From Polyangiaceae bacterium (lineage in GTDB: Bacteria; Myxococcota_A; Polyangia; Polyangiales; Polyangiaceae): DNA of 64,000 nucleotides. Both the position numbers and the translations under genes were made by a program. The notes under the pieces were generated by a model that searched no databases, was not told the DNA's origin, and saw nothing but the letters and a program-made list of their open reading frames with translations. The stretch lies in the NCBI GenBank assembly GCA_035063585.1, contig JAPSGB010000019.1, positions 1-64,000 of the forward strand. The letters are read 5' to 3'. Every line of letters begins with the position of its first letter. The first letter of the stretch is position 1. Below, piece after piece: positions 48,637 through 57,427 of the stretch.

Positions 48637-49424
48637 TGACGGGAGCCGAACGGACGGTGAGCGGCGGGGGCCGAATTCGCGTGAGAGTCCGCCGCCAGGA
48701 CGCCGCGGATGCGCCCGAGACGCGACGCTGGGAGGAGTTCTCGATCGAGCGGCGGCCGCGGATGACGGTCGTGAGCTGTCTGCGTCGGATCCAGCGCCAG
48801 CCGGTCACCGCGGACGGGCGCGTGGTGGCGCCGGTCGCGTGGGAGTCGGGCTGTCTCGACGACTCGTGCGGCGCCTGCACCATGTTGGTGAACGGGCGCG
48901 TGCGTCAGGCCTGCGCGACGCAAGTCGATGCCATTTCGCCCAAGGGCGAGCCCATCGTGCTCGAGCCACTCGGCAAGTTCCCGCTGGTGCGCGATCTCGT
49001 GGTCGATCGCGCGCGCCTGTTCGACTCCTTCAAGCGCGTTCACGCGTGGACCGAGCTCGACGGCCTTTCCGCGCTCGGGCCGGGCCCCGCATATTCACCG
49101 ACGCGCCAGCGGGAGCTGCTCTCGCTCGGCGGCTGCATCGCGTGCGCCGCCTGCCTGGAGGCGTGTCCGCAGTACGGCAACCAGAGCGACTACCTCGGCG
49201 CGGCCGCGCTGAACCAGGTGCGGCTCATGAACCTGCGGCCGCTCGGCGCGCTGAACGAGGTCGAGCGGCTCGAGACGGTGATGGCTCCGGGCGGCGTCGC
49301 GGACTGCGGCAAGGCGCAGGTCTGCGTCGAGGTGTGTCCGGCGAACCTCCCGCTGGTCGACTCCATCCAGCAGGTTGCCCGAGCCACGACCCGGCGGCTC
49401 ATCCTCGGCTGGCTCTTGAGGTAG
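48636..49424 (+). CDS. sdhB: Succinate dehydrogenase-like iron-sulfur subunit
   Basis: CLDDSCGAC...RQAC [2Fe-2S]; CIACAACLEACP; CGKAQVCVEVCP. Confidence 0.93.
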   Translation: MTGAERTVSGGGRIRVRVRRQDAADAPETRRWEEFSIERRPRMTVVSCLRRIQRQPVTADGRVVAPVAWESGCLDDSCGACTMLVNGRVRQACATQVDAISPKGEPIVLEPLGKFPLVRDLVVDRARLFDSFKRVHAWTELDGLSALGPGPAYSPTRQRELLSLGGCIACAACLEACPQYGNQSDYLGAAALNQVRLMNLRPLGALNEVERLETVMAPGGVADCGKAQVCVEVCPANLPLVDSIQQVARATTRRLILGWLLR

Positions 49425-49433
49425 TACGAGCAG

Positions 49434-49868
49434 ATGCCCTCCTGTTATCTCCTGGCAGTCGCGGGCGGCTCGTCCGTCGATCAGCACAGCAACAACGTCA
49501 CGCTATTTAGCCTGGTCGAGCAGATTGGCGTGCCCCCGGGCGCGCCGCCCCCGCCGGGCGGCGTGATTCTGCTCGAGCTCCACGCCTATTTCGCGCTCGA
49601 TCCGGCCGAGCAGGGGCAGAGCTTCGAGCTGCGGTTCGCGATGGTCGCGGCGTCGGGCCTCGAGACGTACAGCGAGGTGAGCACGCACCGAGTGATCACC
49701 CCGCGTTACCGGACGCGCTCGGTCGGGCTGCCGTTCCCGCCCGTGATGGGCGCCTATGAGCTCCGCGTCGATGTGCGCTCGGTGGGCAGCGCGAGCTGGC
49801 AGCGCGCGAGCACCGCGTGGCCCGTGGTCATCGGGGAGTACACGCCGGAGCCGCGCGTCACGCACTGA
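49434..49868 (+). CDS. Small beta-sandwich hypothetical protein (DUF6941-like)
   Basis: SVDQHSNNVTLFSLVEQI and LPFPPVMGAYELRV patterns; starts 9 nt after sdhB. Confidence 0.7.
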   Translation: MPSCYLLAVAGGSSVDQHSNNVTLFSLVEQIGVPPGAPPPPGGVILLELHAYFALDPAEQGQSFELRFAMVAASGLETYSEVSTHRVITPRYRTRSVGLPFPPVMGAYELRVDVRSVGSASWQRASTAWPVVIGEYTPEPRVTH

Positions 49869-49929
49869 CGCGGAGGCGCGCCGCGTCGCGCGAGCGGACC
49901 GCGCGTCCGCGCGCCGAACCGACCCACCA

Positions 49930-51348
49930 TCACGGACAGGGGCAGCCTGCTTGCCCGACGCAGGAGGTGAGCGCGATCGCGAGCTTCATGGAGGTGCCGC
50001 CGAGGCCGCCGTACTGCGCGATGACGCCCTGGCACACCTGGAAACAGGCGGGGCCCGAGCAGCCAGATTTCGTGAAGCAGCTCAGGATCTCGGGGCAGCC
50101 GAAGTCGCCGACGCACGCGCCCATGTCGCTGAAGCAGCTCTTGCAAGCGCAGGCGCCGCACTCGTTCGTCGCCTGCGCGACGCACTGCTCGATACCTCCG
50201 CTTCCACCCGAGCCCCCTGCTCCGCCGACGCCGCCGGAGCCGCCCGCGCCGCCGCTACCACATGAGCCGCAGCCGAGCGTGGTGACCTCGCTGACGCAGA
50301 GGTCGTCCCACTGGTCGCTGCAACAATAGGCGTCGGAGGCGCACACGCACTTCGCGACCTCCGGGGGATTGCAGGTAGGCGACGCGTGCGCGGTGCAGCA
50401 ACTGCGACTGCCCCCGGCGCCGCCCGTGCCGGCGAACCCGCCCGTGCCGGCGAACCCGCCCGTGCCGGCGAACCCGCCCGTGCCGGCGAACCCGCCCGTG
50501 CCGGCGAACCCGCCCGTGCCGGCGAACCCGCCCGTGCCGGCGAACCCACCCGTGCCGCCGCTACCGCCCCATCCGCCGCACTTCTGCGGTGGCGCCATGC
50601 CGTACTTGGAGAGATCGACGCATCCGAACTGGAACAAGGAGAGGTCATCTCCACAGAGACCGTCCGGGCGACAGCAGCCCGCGAACTCGAGGCCGCCGAC
50701 GTTGTAGGCGGGACAGCTCGGCGACGGAGAGCCCGGTTGATGGAGCGGGATGCACGCGCGCGGCACGTTCGCGAGGGACGTGAGCGGGCCCGTGTCAGCG
50801 CCGCATTGGTAAGGCGCTTCCGGCGGGCAACACGCCGGGAGCGACACGCCGAGCGCGCCGACGGTCACCGGATAGCAGGTGGTGCCGCCGCACACGACGC
50901 CCGTGCCGCCACCCGCGCCGAAGCCGCCCGTGCCGCCACCCGCGCCGAAGCCGCCCGTGCCGCCACCCGCGCCGAAGCCGCCCGTGCCGCCACCCGCGCC
51001 GAAGCCGCCCGTGCCTCCGGAGCACACGCTCTCACAAATCGAGCGGTTGCCGTTCCCGCACATGCAGAGGCTGAAGCAGTCGCCGCAGCCATCGCAGCGC
51101 GGGGGCGTACACGAGCCGCCGCCGAATCCGCCCGTCGCGCCGGTGCCGCCACTGCCGCCGAACGCGCCGGCGCCGCCGCTTCCTCCCGAGCCGGTGCCGC
51201 CCGCGCCGCCGGTGATCCCGCCGTCGTCGCCGCCAGCGCCCGCAAAGCCGGTAAAGTCACCGAACCCATCACTGCCGCTGCGCGCGCCGCACGCGACGAC
51301 CAGCGACGCCGAAGTAATCCAGAGCGCGCGATGCCATCGGTGAGTCAT
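49930..51348 (-). CDS. Gly-rich, Cys-rich surface lipoprotein with modular repeats
   Basis: LVVAC lipobox; four Cys-rich modules separated by Gly/Thr/Phe repeat linkers. Confidence 0.8.
   Translation of the reverse strand: MTHRWHRALWITSASLVVACGARSGSDGFGDFTGFAGAGGDDGGITGGAGGTGSGGSGGAGAFGGSGGTGATGGFGGGSCTPPRCDGCGDCFSLCMCGNGNRSICESVCSGGTGGFGAGGGTGGFGAGGGTGGFGAGGGTGGFGAGGGTGVVCGGTTCYPVTVGALGVSLPACCPPEAPYQCGADTGPLTSLANVPRACIPLHQPGSPSPSCPAYNVGGLEFAGCCRPDGLCGDDLSLFQFGCVDLSKYGMAPPQKCGGWGGSGGTGGFAGTGGFAGTGGFAGTGGFAGTGGFAGTGGFAGTGGFAGTGGAGGSRSCCTAHASPTCNPPEVAKCVCASDAYCCSDQWDDLCVSEVTTLGCGSCGSGGAGGSGGVGGAGGSGGSGGIEQCVAQATNECGACACKSCFSDMGACVGDFGCPEILSCFTKSGCSGPACFQVCQGVIAQYGGLGGTSMKLAIALTSCVGQAGCPCP
50423..50556 (-). 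repeat. 18-bp tandem repeat x7 encoding (GTGGFA)7
   Basis: Plus-strand unit CCCGTGCCGGCGAACCCG read directly; last copy has one substitution. Confidence 0.95.
50900..51015 (-). repeat. 27-bp tandem repeat x4 encoding (GTGGFGAGG)4
   Basis: Plus-strand unit CCCGTGCCGCCACCCGCGCCGAAGCCG, four identical copies. Confidence 0.95.
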
Positions 51349-51467
51349 CGCGTCGATTCTACGGCAATCGCGAGCACCGAGCCCGTTTGTGGCGTGCTGC
51401 TCAGGCGAGCAGGCACGCGCGCGGGGTGGCGAAGCCGGCGCGCGCGTGGGAACGTCAGCCGCCGCCG

Positions 51468-52136
51468 ATGGATTTCATTCGCATCGAACAGCTCGAGCTC
51501 GAGTGCATCGTCGGCGTGCGGCCGCGCGAGCGTCACCGCAAGCAGCCGGTCCGGCTCGACGTCGTGCTCGGGCTCGATCTCTCCCACGCCGCGCGCACCG
51601 GCCGGATCACGCTGACCGCCGACTACGATCGCGTGGCGACCGAGGCGACCACGCTGCTCCGTTTCCGCGAGTACCAGCTCATCGAGGCCGCCACCGAGGA
51701 GCTGTCCGCGATGCTCTTCGGGCTTCACCCGCCGCTCGAGTCGGTGGAGCTGACGCTCGAGAAGCCGGCGGCGCTCCGCGGCGTGGCGCGCGGCGCGTCG
51801 GTCCAGGTCGTCCGGCGGCGCAGCGATTTCCCGCGGCGGCGCGTGGCGACCGCGTTCGGCGAGCTCGAGATCCTGCTCGAGACGCACGAGGCCGGCCTCT
51901 ATCTGGTCCATGTGGAGCCCGGACGTGAGCTGCCGCGACGCTCGGTCGCGCACCGTGAGCTCGAGTGGGCGGTGTCGGGCGAGCTCTCGCCACCCGTTGG
52001 AGCGCACGGCTCGCCCGTGATTTGGGCGGAGGGGCGCGCCCGCGGGAGCCTCAATTCGGGCGCCGCGCGGGTGACCGTGTTCTCCTGCGTGAGCCCCCCG
52101 CTCACCGGGGCGGAGCTGGCAGGCGTCGTTAGGTAG
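51468..52136 (+). CDS. folB: Dihydroneopterin aldolase fused to a cupin-like domain
   Basis: MDFIRIEQL..CIVGVRPRER..QPVRLD, TADYD, LIEA, LEKPAAL, then a ~100-aa beta-rich extension. Confidence 0.85.
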   Translation: MDFIRIEQLELECIVGVRPRERHRKQPVRLDVVLGLDLSHAARTGRITLTADYDRVATEATTLLRFREYQLIEAATEELSAMLFGLHPPLESVELTLEKPAALRGVARGASVQVVRRRSDFPRRRVATAFGELEILLETHEAGLYLVHVEPGRELPRRSVAHRELEWAVSGELSPPVGAHGSPVIWAEGRARGSLNSGAARVTVFSCVSPPLTGAELAGVVR

Positions 52137-52228
52137 CGATTTCATTGGGGTTTGTTCCGCGCTTCCCGAACCGCGAAAGCATGGTGAATTGGCGCGCCGA
52201 CTCCTCTAGGATCGGAGGCGAGCGAGGA

Positions 52229-52441
52229 ATGGAGTCGGGCTTGGACGAGGAGGGGCGTCTGCTGGGCGACTTGTCGCCGGGCAAGCTGCCCAGCGGAGCG
52301 ACGGTGCCCGGCGCGCTGGGCGGCCGCGACACGCTGCCCACCTTCTCCGAGGTCGTCGAGCCGAGGCTGACCGACCGAGCCGAGCGCCCGGGCGACACGA
52401 TCCCGGCGCCGCCACCCTTCGCGCTCGACGACGAGCGCTGA
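52229..52441 (+). CDS. Small hypothetical protein
   Basis: ATG after GAGG and an upstream TAGGAT hexamer; no recognisable domain. Confidence 0.4.
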   Translation: MESGLDEEGRLLGDLSPGKLPSGATVPGALGGRDTLPTFSEVVEPRLTDRAERPGDTIPAPPPFALDDER

Positions 52442-52455
52442 GCGACGCCCGCGCC

Positions 52456-53298
52456 TCACTCGAGCGCGAGCGTCGCGCGATAGACGAGCATGACGTAGAG
52501 AGGCACGTGCCAGCCCTGAAGGCCGTACTCGGGATTGAGGAAGCTCCCACCCGGCTGTCCCACGACCTGCGCGAGCACGAGATCCGAGTCGTGGTGCTTC
52601 GGACGAACCAGCCCCGGACGTGTCATGAACACGAGCCCGGCGTGAAGCTCGTCGTGCCGTCCGCCGTCCTTCGGCACGTTCATGTAGCGCACGAGCGGGC
52701 CCACCGCGCCGAACGAGCGGTGGCGATAGAGGAGCACGGTCTCCTCCTTGGTGAGCCAGCCACCGCCGTGGATGTCGGCGTGGTACCAGTCGAAGGTGTC
52801 GGCTCGCCGGTCCTCGAAGCGACGGGTGAGCGTGCTGAGCAGGAAGAAGGAGTCGAGCGGGAGCGCGAGCCGCACGCGCCCCTCGGCGTAGCCGAAGCCC
52901 ATGGTGTCCATCTCACCCGCGCTCTCGCGCTCGCTCCGAGCCTCGTAGCTCCGCGGCTGCCCCGCGTCGAAGTCGAGGTTCCGATACACCCAGCGATACC
53001 CCGCGCTCGCGCCGACGGTGAGCACGGCAACCCGCGCGTCGAGGTTCATGCTGCCATCGGCGTACGGCAAGCTGATGAGGCCGGCCGCGCGGGTCGACAA
53101 CTGGCTCATGCCAGGCTCGAGGTCCGCGCGGTTCTCCAGCCCGAGCTGGGTGCCCACCGTGAAGGCGTCGAGGTGGGCGTAGTTGCCGGGGCGCGCTGGC
53201 GCGAGGAAGCCGTCGCGAGGGGGCGTGGCGTGCGCCGGGCGCGCCGCTCCACCGAGTAGAGCGCACACCACTAGCGACCCGGCCCATCCTCCTCGCAT
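52456..53298 (-). CDS. Putative outer-membrane beta-barrel protein
   Basis: Signal peptide ending AHA; amphipathic strands rich in Tyr/Trp/Gly. Confidence 0.65.
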   Translation of the reverse strand: MRGGWAGSLVVCALLGGAARPAHATPPRDGFLAPARPGNYAHLDAFTVGTQLGLENRADLEPGMSQLSTRAAGLISLPYADGSMNLDARVAVLTVGASAGYRWVYRNLDFDAGQPRSYEARSERESAGEMDTMGFGYAEGRVRLALPLDSFFLLSTLTRRFEDRRADTFDWYHADIHGGGWLTKEETVLLYRHRSFGAVGPLVRYMNVPKDGGRHDELHAGLVFMTRPGLVRPKHHDSDLVLAQVVGQPGGSFLNPEYGLQGWHVPLYVMLVYRATLALE

Positions 53299-53945
53299 GG
53301 CTCGAGGTTAGCCGATGACGGGCGCGGCGCGAATCCCTCTCGTTGCATCACTCGCAGGTTCACGAGGAGCGCCCCGCCGCCGCCGAGCCCAACCGGCTCC
53401 AAGCGCTCGGGCAAGACGTGGCGCGTCCGCCAGAGGTAGCGGAAAATCGCGTCCGCGTGCGCCTGCGAGCGCGCGAGCGTGGCGCGCGTGGGCGGCGCAC
53501 CGCCCTCCCCTCGGACCTCGACGCGCACGAGTTGAAGCGACCGATCGCGCGCCATGAGCGCGGCCACCGCGTCGAGGAGCGCGCGAACCCGAGGCGACGG
53601 GAGCCGCTGCAAGGGGTGAACCTCGATGGGCTCGCGGGTCCGGATGAGGAGCCCCGCCGGGTCGAGCCAGGCGAGCGCGGACGGGCGGGGCGGGCATGCT
53701 CGAAGGGCGGGTCCGGGGGGTTGTCGGTCCGGCGCGGCTCCGAGCGGGTCCGCGTCCACCGCTGACGGCGCCGGCGCCGGCTCGCGCTCGCGCTCGGTCG
53801 CGCTCCCGAGCGCGAGCGCGACCGGGAGCGCGGCCGGGTCCGCCGGCACCGTGACGCGCGCGGCGCAGCCCGGGCTCGCGAGCGCAAAGAGCGCCACGAG
53901 CCCGCGCAAACGGGTCTGGAGCGCGGGGATCTTCGAGGCTATCAT
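53271..53945 (-). CDS. Lipoprotein with degenerate OmpA-C-like domain
   Basis: SPGC lipobox-like motif; LLDAVAALM...VRVEV...SQAHADAIFRYL...ERLEPVGLG pattern without GHTD. Confidence 0.55.
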   Translation of the reverse strand: MIASKIPALQTRLRGLVALFALASPGCAARVTVPADPAALPVALALGSATEREREPAPAPSAVDADPLGAAPDRQPPGPALRACPPRPSALAWLDPAGLLIRTREPIEVHPLQRLPSPRVRALLDAVAALMARDRSLQLVRVEVRGEGGAPPTRATLARSQAHADAIFRYLWRTRHVLPERLEPVGLGGGGALLVNLRVMQREGFAPRPSSANLEPCEEDGPGR

Positions 53946-54015
53946 CCGCTCTCTCGAATCTTCACCGGCCGCGATCACGTGAGCCCCTCGCGCGATCTTA
54001 CCGTCAGAGGTCCCG

Positions 54016-54912
54016 ATGCCGACCCATCAATCGAACCGCCCCTCTGCGCGCGCCATGGCGCGCTTGCTGCTCGGCGCCGTCGCGCTCCTGGTCTTGTCGT
54101 TCGCGACCACGGCGCTCGCCGCCGGGCGAACGCAGTGGACGAACACGCACCCGAAGGAGCGTGAGGACGAGAGCTGGCGGCTCGAGGTGGCCATCTTCTT
54201 CACGAAAGCGCCGGACGTGCCCAGCGTCCCGATGAAGTTCGAGTTCAAGCCGACCATGTACTACGCGCGCGACATGATGGACGGCGACAAGATCGTCACC
54301 CGCAAGGTCCCGCGAGAGAACGAGCAGGATATCATCGAAGGGGTGGACGTCGGCTTCCTCGACCCGTCGAACGGTAAGATTCAGCCGCGCACCAAGTTCT
54401 CGTTCAAGGTTACTCGCGCGCACGGCTTCGAGGCGGGCGAGTACAAGGTCTCGATCCGCGACACGCGCAACGGCCAGATCATCGGGACGCCCATCACGCT
54501 CTACCTCGAGGGCGAGAACAAGGTCGTGGATCGCCGCACCATGGATTTTTCCGCGAGCGGCGGCACCAAGAAGAAGGAAGACATGAAGCGGGTCGACCGC
54601 GACGGCGACATCAAGGACGACCCGAACGCGAAGCAGGCCCAGAAGCCCGCCGCGAGCGACGACGCTTCGGGCGCGGAGCCCGCTGACGACGGCGCCGCCG
54701 CGGGCGAGGAGAGCGCGGCGCCCGCCGCGAGCGACGACAGCGAGCCCGACGGCGACAACGGCGCAGAGGGCGGCCCGCGACCCATCAAGGAGAAGCCGGG
54801 CTGCAGCTGCCGGCTCGAGGACGCCGGCGAGCCGGCGAGCCCACTCGCGTGGCTCACGCCGCTCGGGCTGATCGCCGCGCTCGGGCTGCGCCGGCGGCGG
54901 CGCGCAGCCTGA
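54016..54912 (+). CDS. MYXO-CTERM-sorted surface protein
   Basis: Signal peptide, beta domain, acidic linker, C-terminal GCSC...hydrophobic helix...RRRRR. Start may be 54055. Confidence 0.85.
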   Translation: MPTHQSNRPSARAMARLLLGAVALLVLSFATTALAAGRTQWTNTHPKEREDESWRLEVAIFFTKAPDVPSVPMKFEFKPTMYYARDMMDGDKIVTRKVPRENEQDIIEGVDVGFLDPSNGKIQPRTKFSFKVTRAHGFEAGEYKVSIRDTRNGQIIGTPITLYLEGENKVVDRRTMDFSASGGTKKKEDMKRVDRDGDIKDDPNAKQAQKPAASDDASGAEPADDGAAAGEESAAPAASDDSEPDGDNGAEGGPRPIKEKPGCSCRLEDAGEPASPLAWLTPLGLIAALGLRRRRRAA

Positions 54913-54964
54913 GCTGCCGCGCGCGGGCGAGCCGCGTGGTTCCGCGCCGGGCCGACAGCCCCCT

Positions 54965-56125
54965 TCAAGCGCGAGCGCGCACGTGCTCCCGGAGCGCGGC
55001 GACCCCGGACGCGAAGATGTCCGGCGGCGTCGCGAGGCTCACCACGACGATGGGCTCGTCCGGAAAGTCGTAGAACCAGCCGGGCTGTACGAGCACCGCT
55101 CGCTCCTCGAGGAGCGAGAGCACCCACGTCTCCTCACTGAGCACGCGCGGCAGACGCACGCAGGCCGACCAACCTCCTTCCAAGTGGAGCACGCTCGCGG
55201 CAGAGCCGGAGAGCTCGGCGCAGAGCCGCGCGTGGTTCCCCCGCGCGCGCTCGAGGAGCGCCTCCGCGGCCACGCGGCGCGAGGCGAGGAGGCGCGGGAG
55301 CGCGAGCTGCACCGGCGTCGCCACCGACAAGAAGGTGTCCAGGATGAGCTCGAGGCGCTCGAGCGCCTCGGCGACGAGCGCGTCCGGGCCGCCGACACCG
55401 AGCCACGCGAGCTTGAGCTGCGGGAGCGCGGCGAGCTTGCTGAGCCCACCGAGCGCGAAGATGAGCGCGCCCTCGGCCTCGAGCGCGCTCTTCGGGCGAG
55501 CGCGGTCCGGGGTGAGCGAGTAGCTCGCGAACACCTCGTCCGCGATGATGGGGAGCCCGAGCTCGGCGAGGCGCGTGAGCTCGACCCGGCTGAGGTAGGA
55601 GCCGGTGGGGTTGTTCGGGCTCACCACCACGACCGCCCGGGTGCGCTCGCTCCGCGCGCGCTCGAGCGAGGCGAGGTCGAGATGCCACGCGCCGTCGTAG
55701 GCGAGGCGATAGGGTACCAGCCGCACGCCCTCGAGGCGCGCGAGGTGCTCGAAGAGCGGGTAGCTCGGCTCTGGAGCGAGCACCTCATCGCCCGCGTCGC
55801 AGAGCAGCTTGAAGAGATGCGCGTAGGCCTCGCTGGTGCTCGCGGTGAGCACCACGCGCTCGGGTGAAATCACGATCCCGGACTCCGCCCACCAGCTCGC
55901 GACCGCGGCGCGCGCGGAGCCGAGGCCGAACGGCGCCGGAGCGTAGTCGAGCGCGGCCGGATCGGCGAGCGCGCCTAGGATCTCGTCGCGCGCGTAAGGG
56001 AGGCCGACGCGGGTCGGGTTCGACACGGTGAGGTCGAGGAGCCTCGCTCCGACCTCGCGCCGACGGCCGAGCGCGCGAGCGAGCGCGTTCGGCTCGCGAA
56101 GGATCCCGGTCCGCTCGGAGAACAT
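54965..56125 (-). CDS. PLP-dependent aminotransferase class I/II
   Basis: ATG 56125; SPNNPTG, IADEVF, GGLSKLAALPQLKLAW. Confidence 0.9.
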   Translation of the reverse strand: MFSERTGILREPNALARALGRRREVGARLLDLTVSNPTRVGLPYARDEILGALADPAALDYAPAPFGLGSARAAVASWWAESGIVISPERVVLTASTSEAYAHLFKLLCDAGDEVLAPEPSYPLFEHLARLEGVRLVPYRLAYDGAWHLDLASLERARSERTRAVVVVSPNNPTGSYLSRVELTRLAELGLPIIADEVFASYSLTPDRARPKSALEAEGALIFALGGLSKLAALPQLKLAWLGVGGPDALVAEALERLELILDTFLSVATPVQLALPRLLASRRVAAEALLERARGNHARLCAELSGSAASVLHLEGGWSACVRLPRVLSEETWVLSLLEERAVLVQPGWFYDFPDEPIVVVSLATPPDIFASGVAALREHVRARA

Positions 56126-56206
56126 GCCGCGGGATTCTTGGCGGGTTTCTCCCGCGAGGCTAAGGAATTGCGCGCGGCGCCGCCGGCCCGAAGTTACCCT
56201 CGCCCC

Positions 56207-57427
56207 ATGACGGCACCGAGGCAGCCCTTCGGAGACCGCGAGGCGACCTTCGCCGCCTTCGCCGAGCACGTCTCACCCGGCAAGGTGGAGACCTTTCGCG
56301 AGTACGGGATCGACGTGGTGATGGGCGCGCGGGAGGGCGCGCGCTTCACGGACGCCTTCAGCGCCCAGAGCTTCTACAACTGCCACTCGAACGGCGGGGT
56401 GTTCAACCTCGGGCACCGAAACCCCCGCGTGGTCGCCGCGGTGCGCGGGGCGCTCGACACCCTGGACATCGGAAACCACCACCTCGTCTCCGGCTATCGC
56501 GCCGCGCTCGCAGAGCGGCTCTCGCGGACCACCGGGGACGCGCTGCCCGGGGTGGTGTTCGGCGTCAGCGGCGGCGAGGCGGTCGATCTCGCGCTCAAGG
56601 TGGCGCGCGCGGGGACCGGGCGACCCGGGATCATCTCCGCCGTCGGCGGCTACCACGGGCACACCGGGCTAGCGCTCGCCGCCGGTGACGCCGAATATCG
56701 CGCGCCGTTCGGGCCCAATCTGCCCGGCTTCTCGCAGGTGCCCTTCGACGACCTCGATGCGCTCGAGCGCGCGCTCGACGAGCAGACCGCCGCGGTCATC
56801 CTCGAGTCCATCCCCGCGACGCTCGGCATGCGGCTCCCGTCGCCCGGCTATCTTGCGGGAGTCCAGCGCCTCTGCCGCGAGCGCGGCGCGAAGCTCATCC
56901 TCGACGAGGTGCAGGCGGGCCTCGGCCGCACCGGACGGATGTGGTGTTTCGAGCACGACGAGCTCTCGCCCGACGTGGTCGTCACCGGCAAGGGCCTGAG
57001 CGGTGGGCTCTACCCGATCACTGCGACCTTGATGACCCGGGAGCTCCACAGCATCTTTCATGCTCATCCTTTCATCCACATCTCCACCTTCGGCGGCGCG
57101 GAGCTCGGCTGCGTCGCAGCGCTCTGCGTGCTCGACATCACCGAGGAGCCCGGCTTCCTCGAGCGGGTGAGAGAGCTCTCGGAGCGCTTCGCGCGCGGGC
57201 TCGAGGGTCTGCCGTTCACGCTGCGACGGAGGGGTCTCATGATGGGGTTCGCGTTCGAAGCGGAGCTTGGAGGGATGCTCGCGGCAAGACTGCTCTACGA
57301 CGCGGGGGTGTTCGCCGTGTACGCGAACCATGATCGTTCGGTGCTCCAGTTCCTGCCGCCGCTCACCTTGACCGACGACGAGGCGGACGACTTGCTCGGG
57401 CGAGTGCGGAGGGCGTTTGGACGATGA
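56207..57427 (+). CDS. Class III aminotransferase (ornithine/putrescine-type)
   Basis: FNLGH, SGGEAVD, GGYHGHT, LILDEVQAGLGRTG, TGKGLSGG, STFGG. Confidence 0.92.
   Translation: MTAPRQPFGDREATFAAFAEHVSPGKVETFREYGIDVVMGAREGARFTDAFSAQSFYNCHSNGGVFNLGHRNPRVVAAVRGALDTLDIGNHHLVSGYRAALAERLSRTTGDALPGVVFGVSGGEAVDLALKVARAGTGRPGIISAVGGYHGHTGLALAAGDAEYRAPFGPNLPGFSQVPFDDLDALERALDEQTAAVILESIPATLGMRLPSPGYLAGVQRLCRERGAKLILDEVQAGLGRTGRMWCFEHDELSPDVVVTGKGLSGGLYPITATLMTRELHSIFHAHPFIHISTFGGAELGCVAALCVLDITEEPGFLERVRELSERFARGLEGLPFTLRRRGLMMGFAFEAELGGMLAARLLYDAGVFAVYANHDRSVLQFLPPLTLTDDEADDLLGRVRRAFGR

Noticed and set aside
50423..51015. Tandem repeats as a CRISPR array
   Set aside because: No spacers, unit lengths are multiples of three and in frame, and no cas genes are present.
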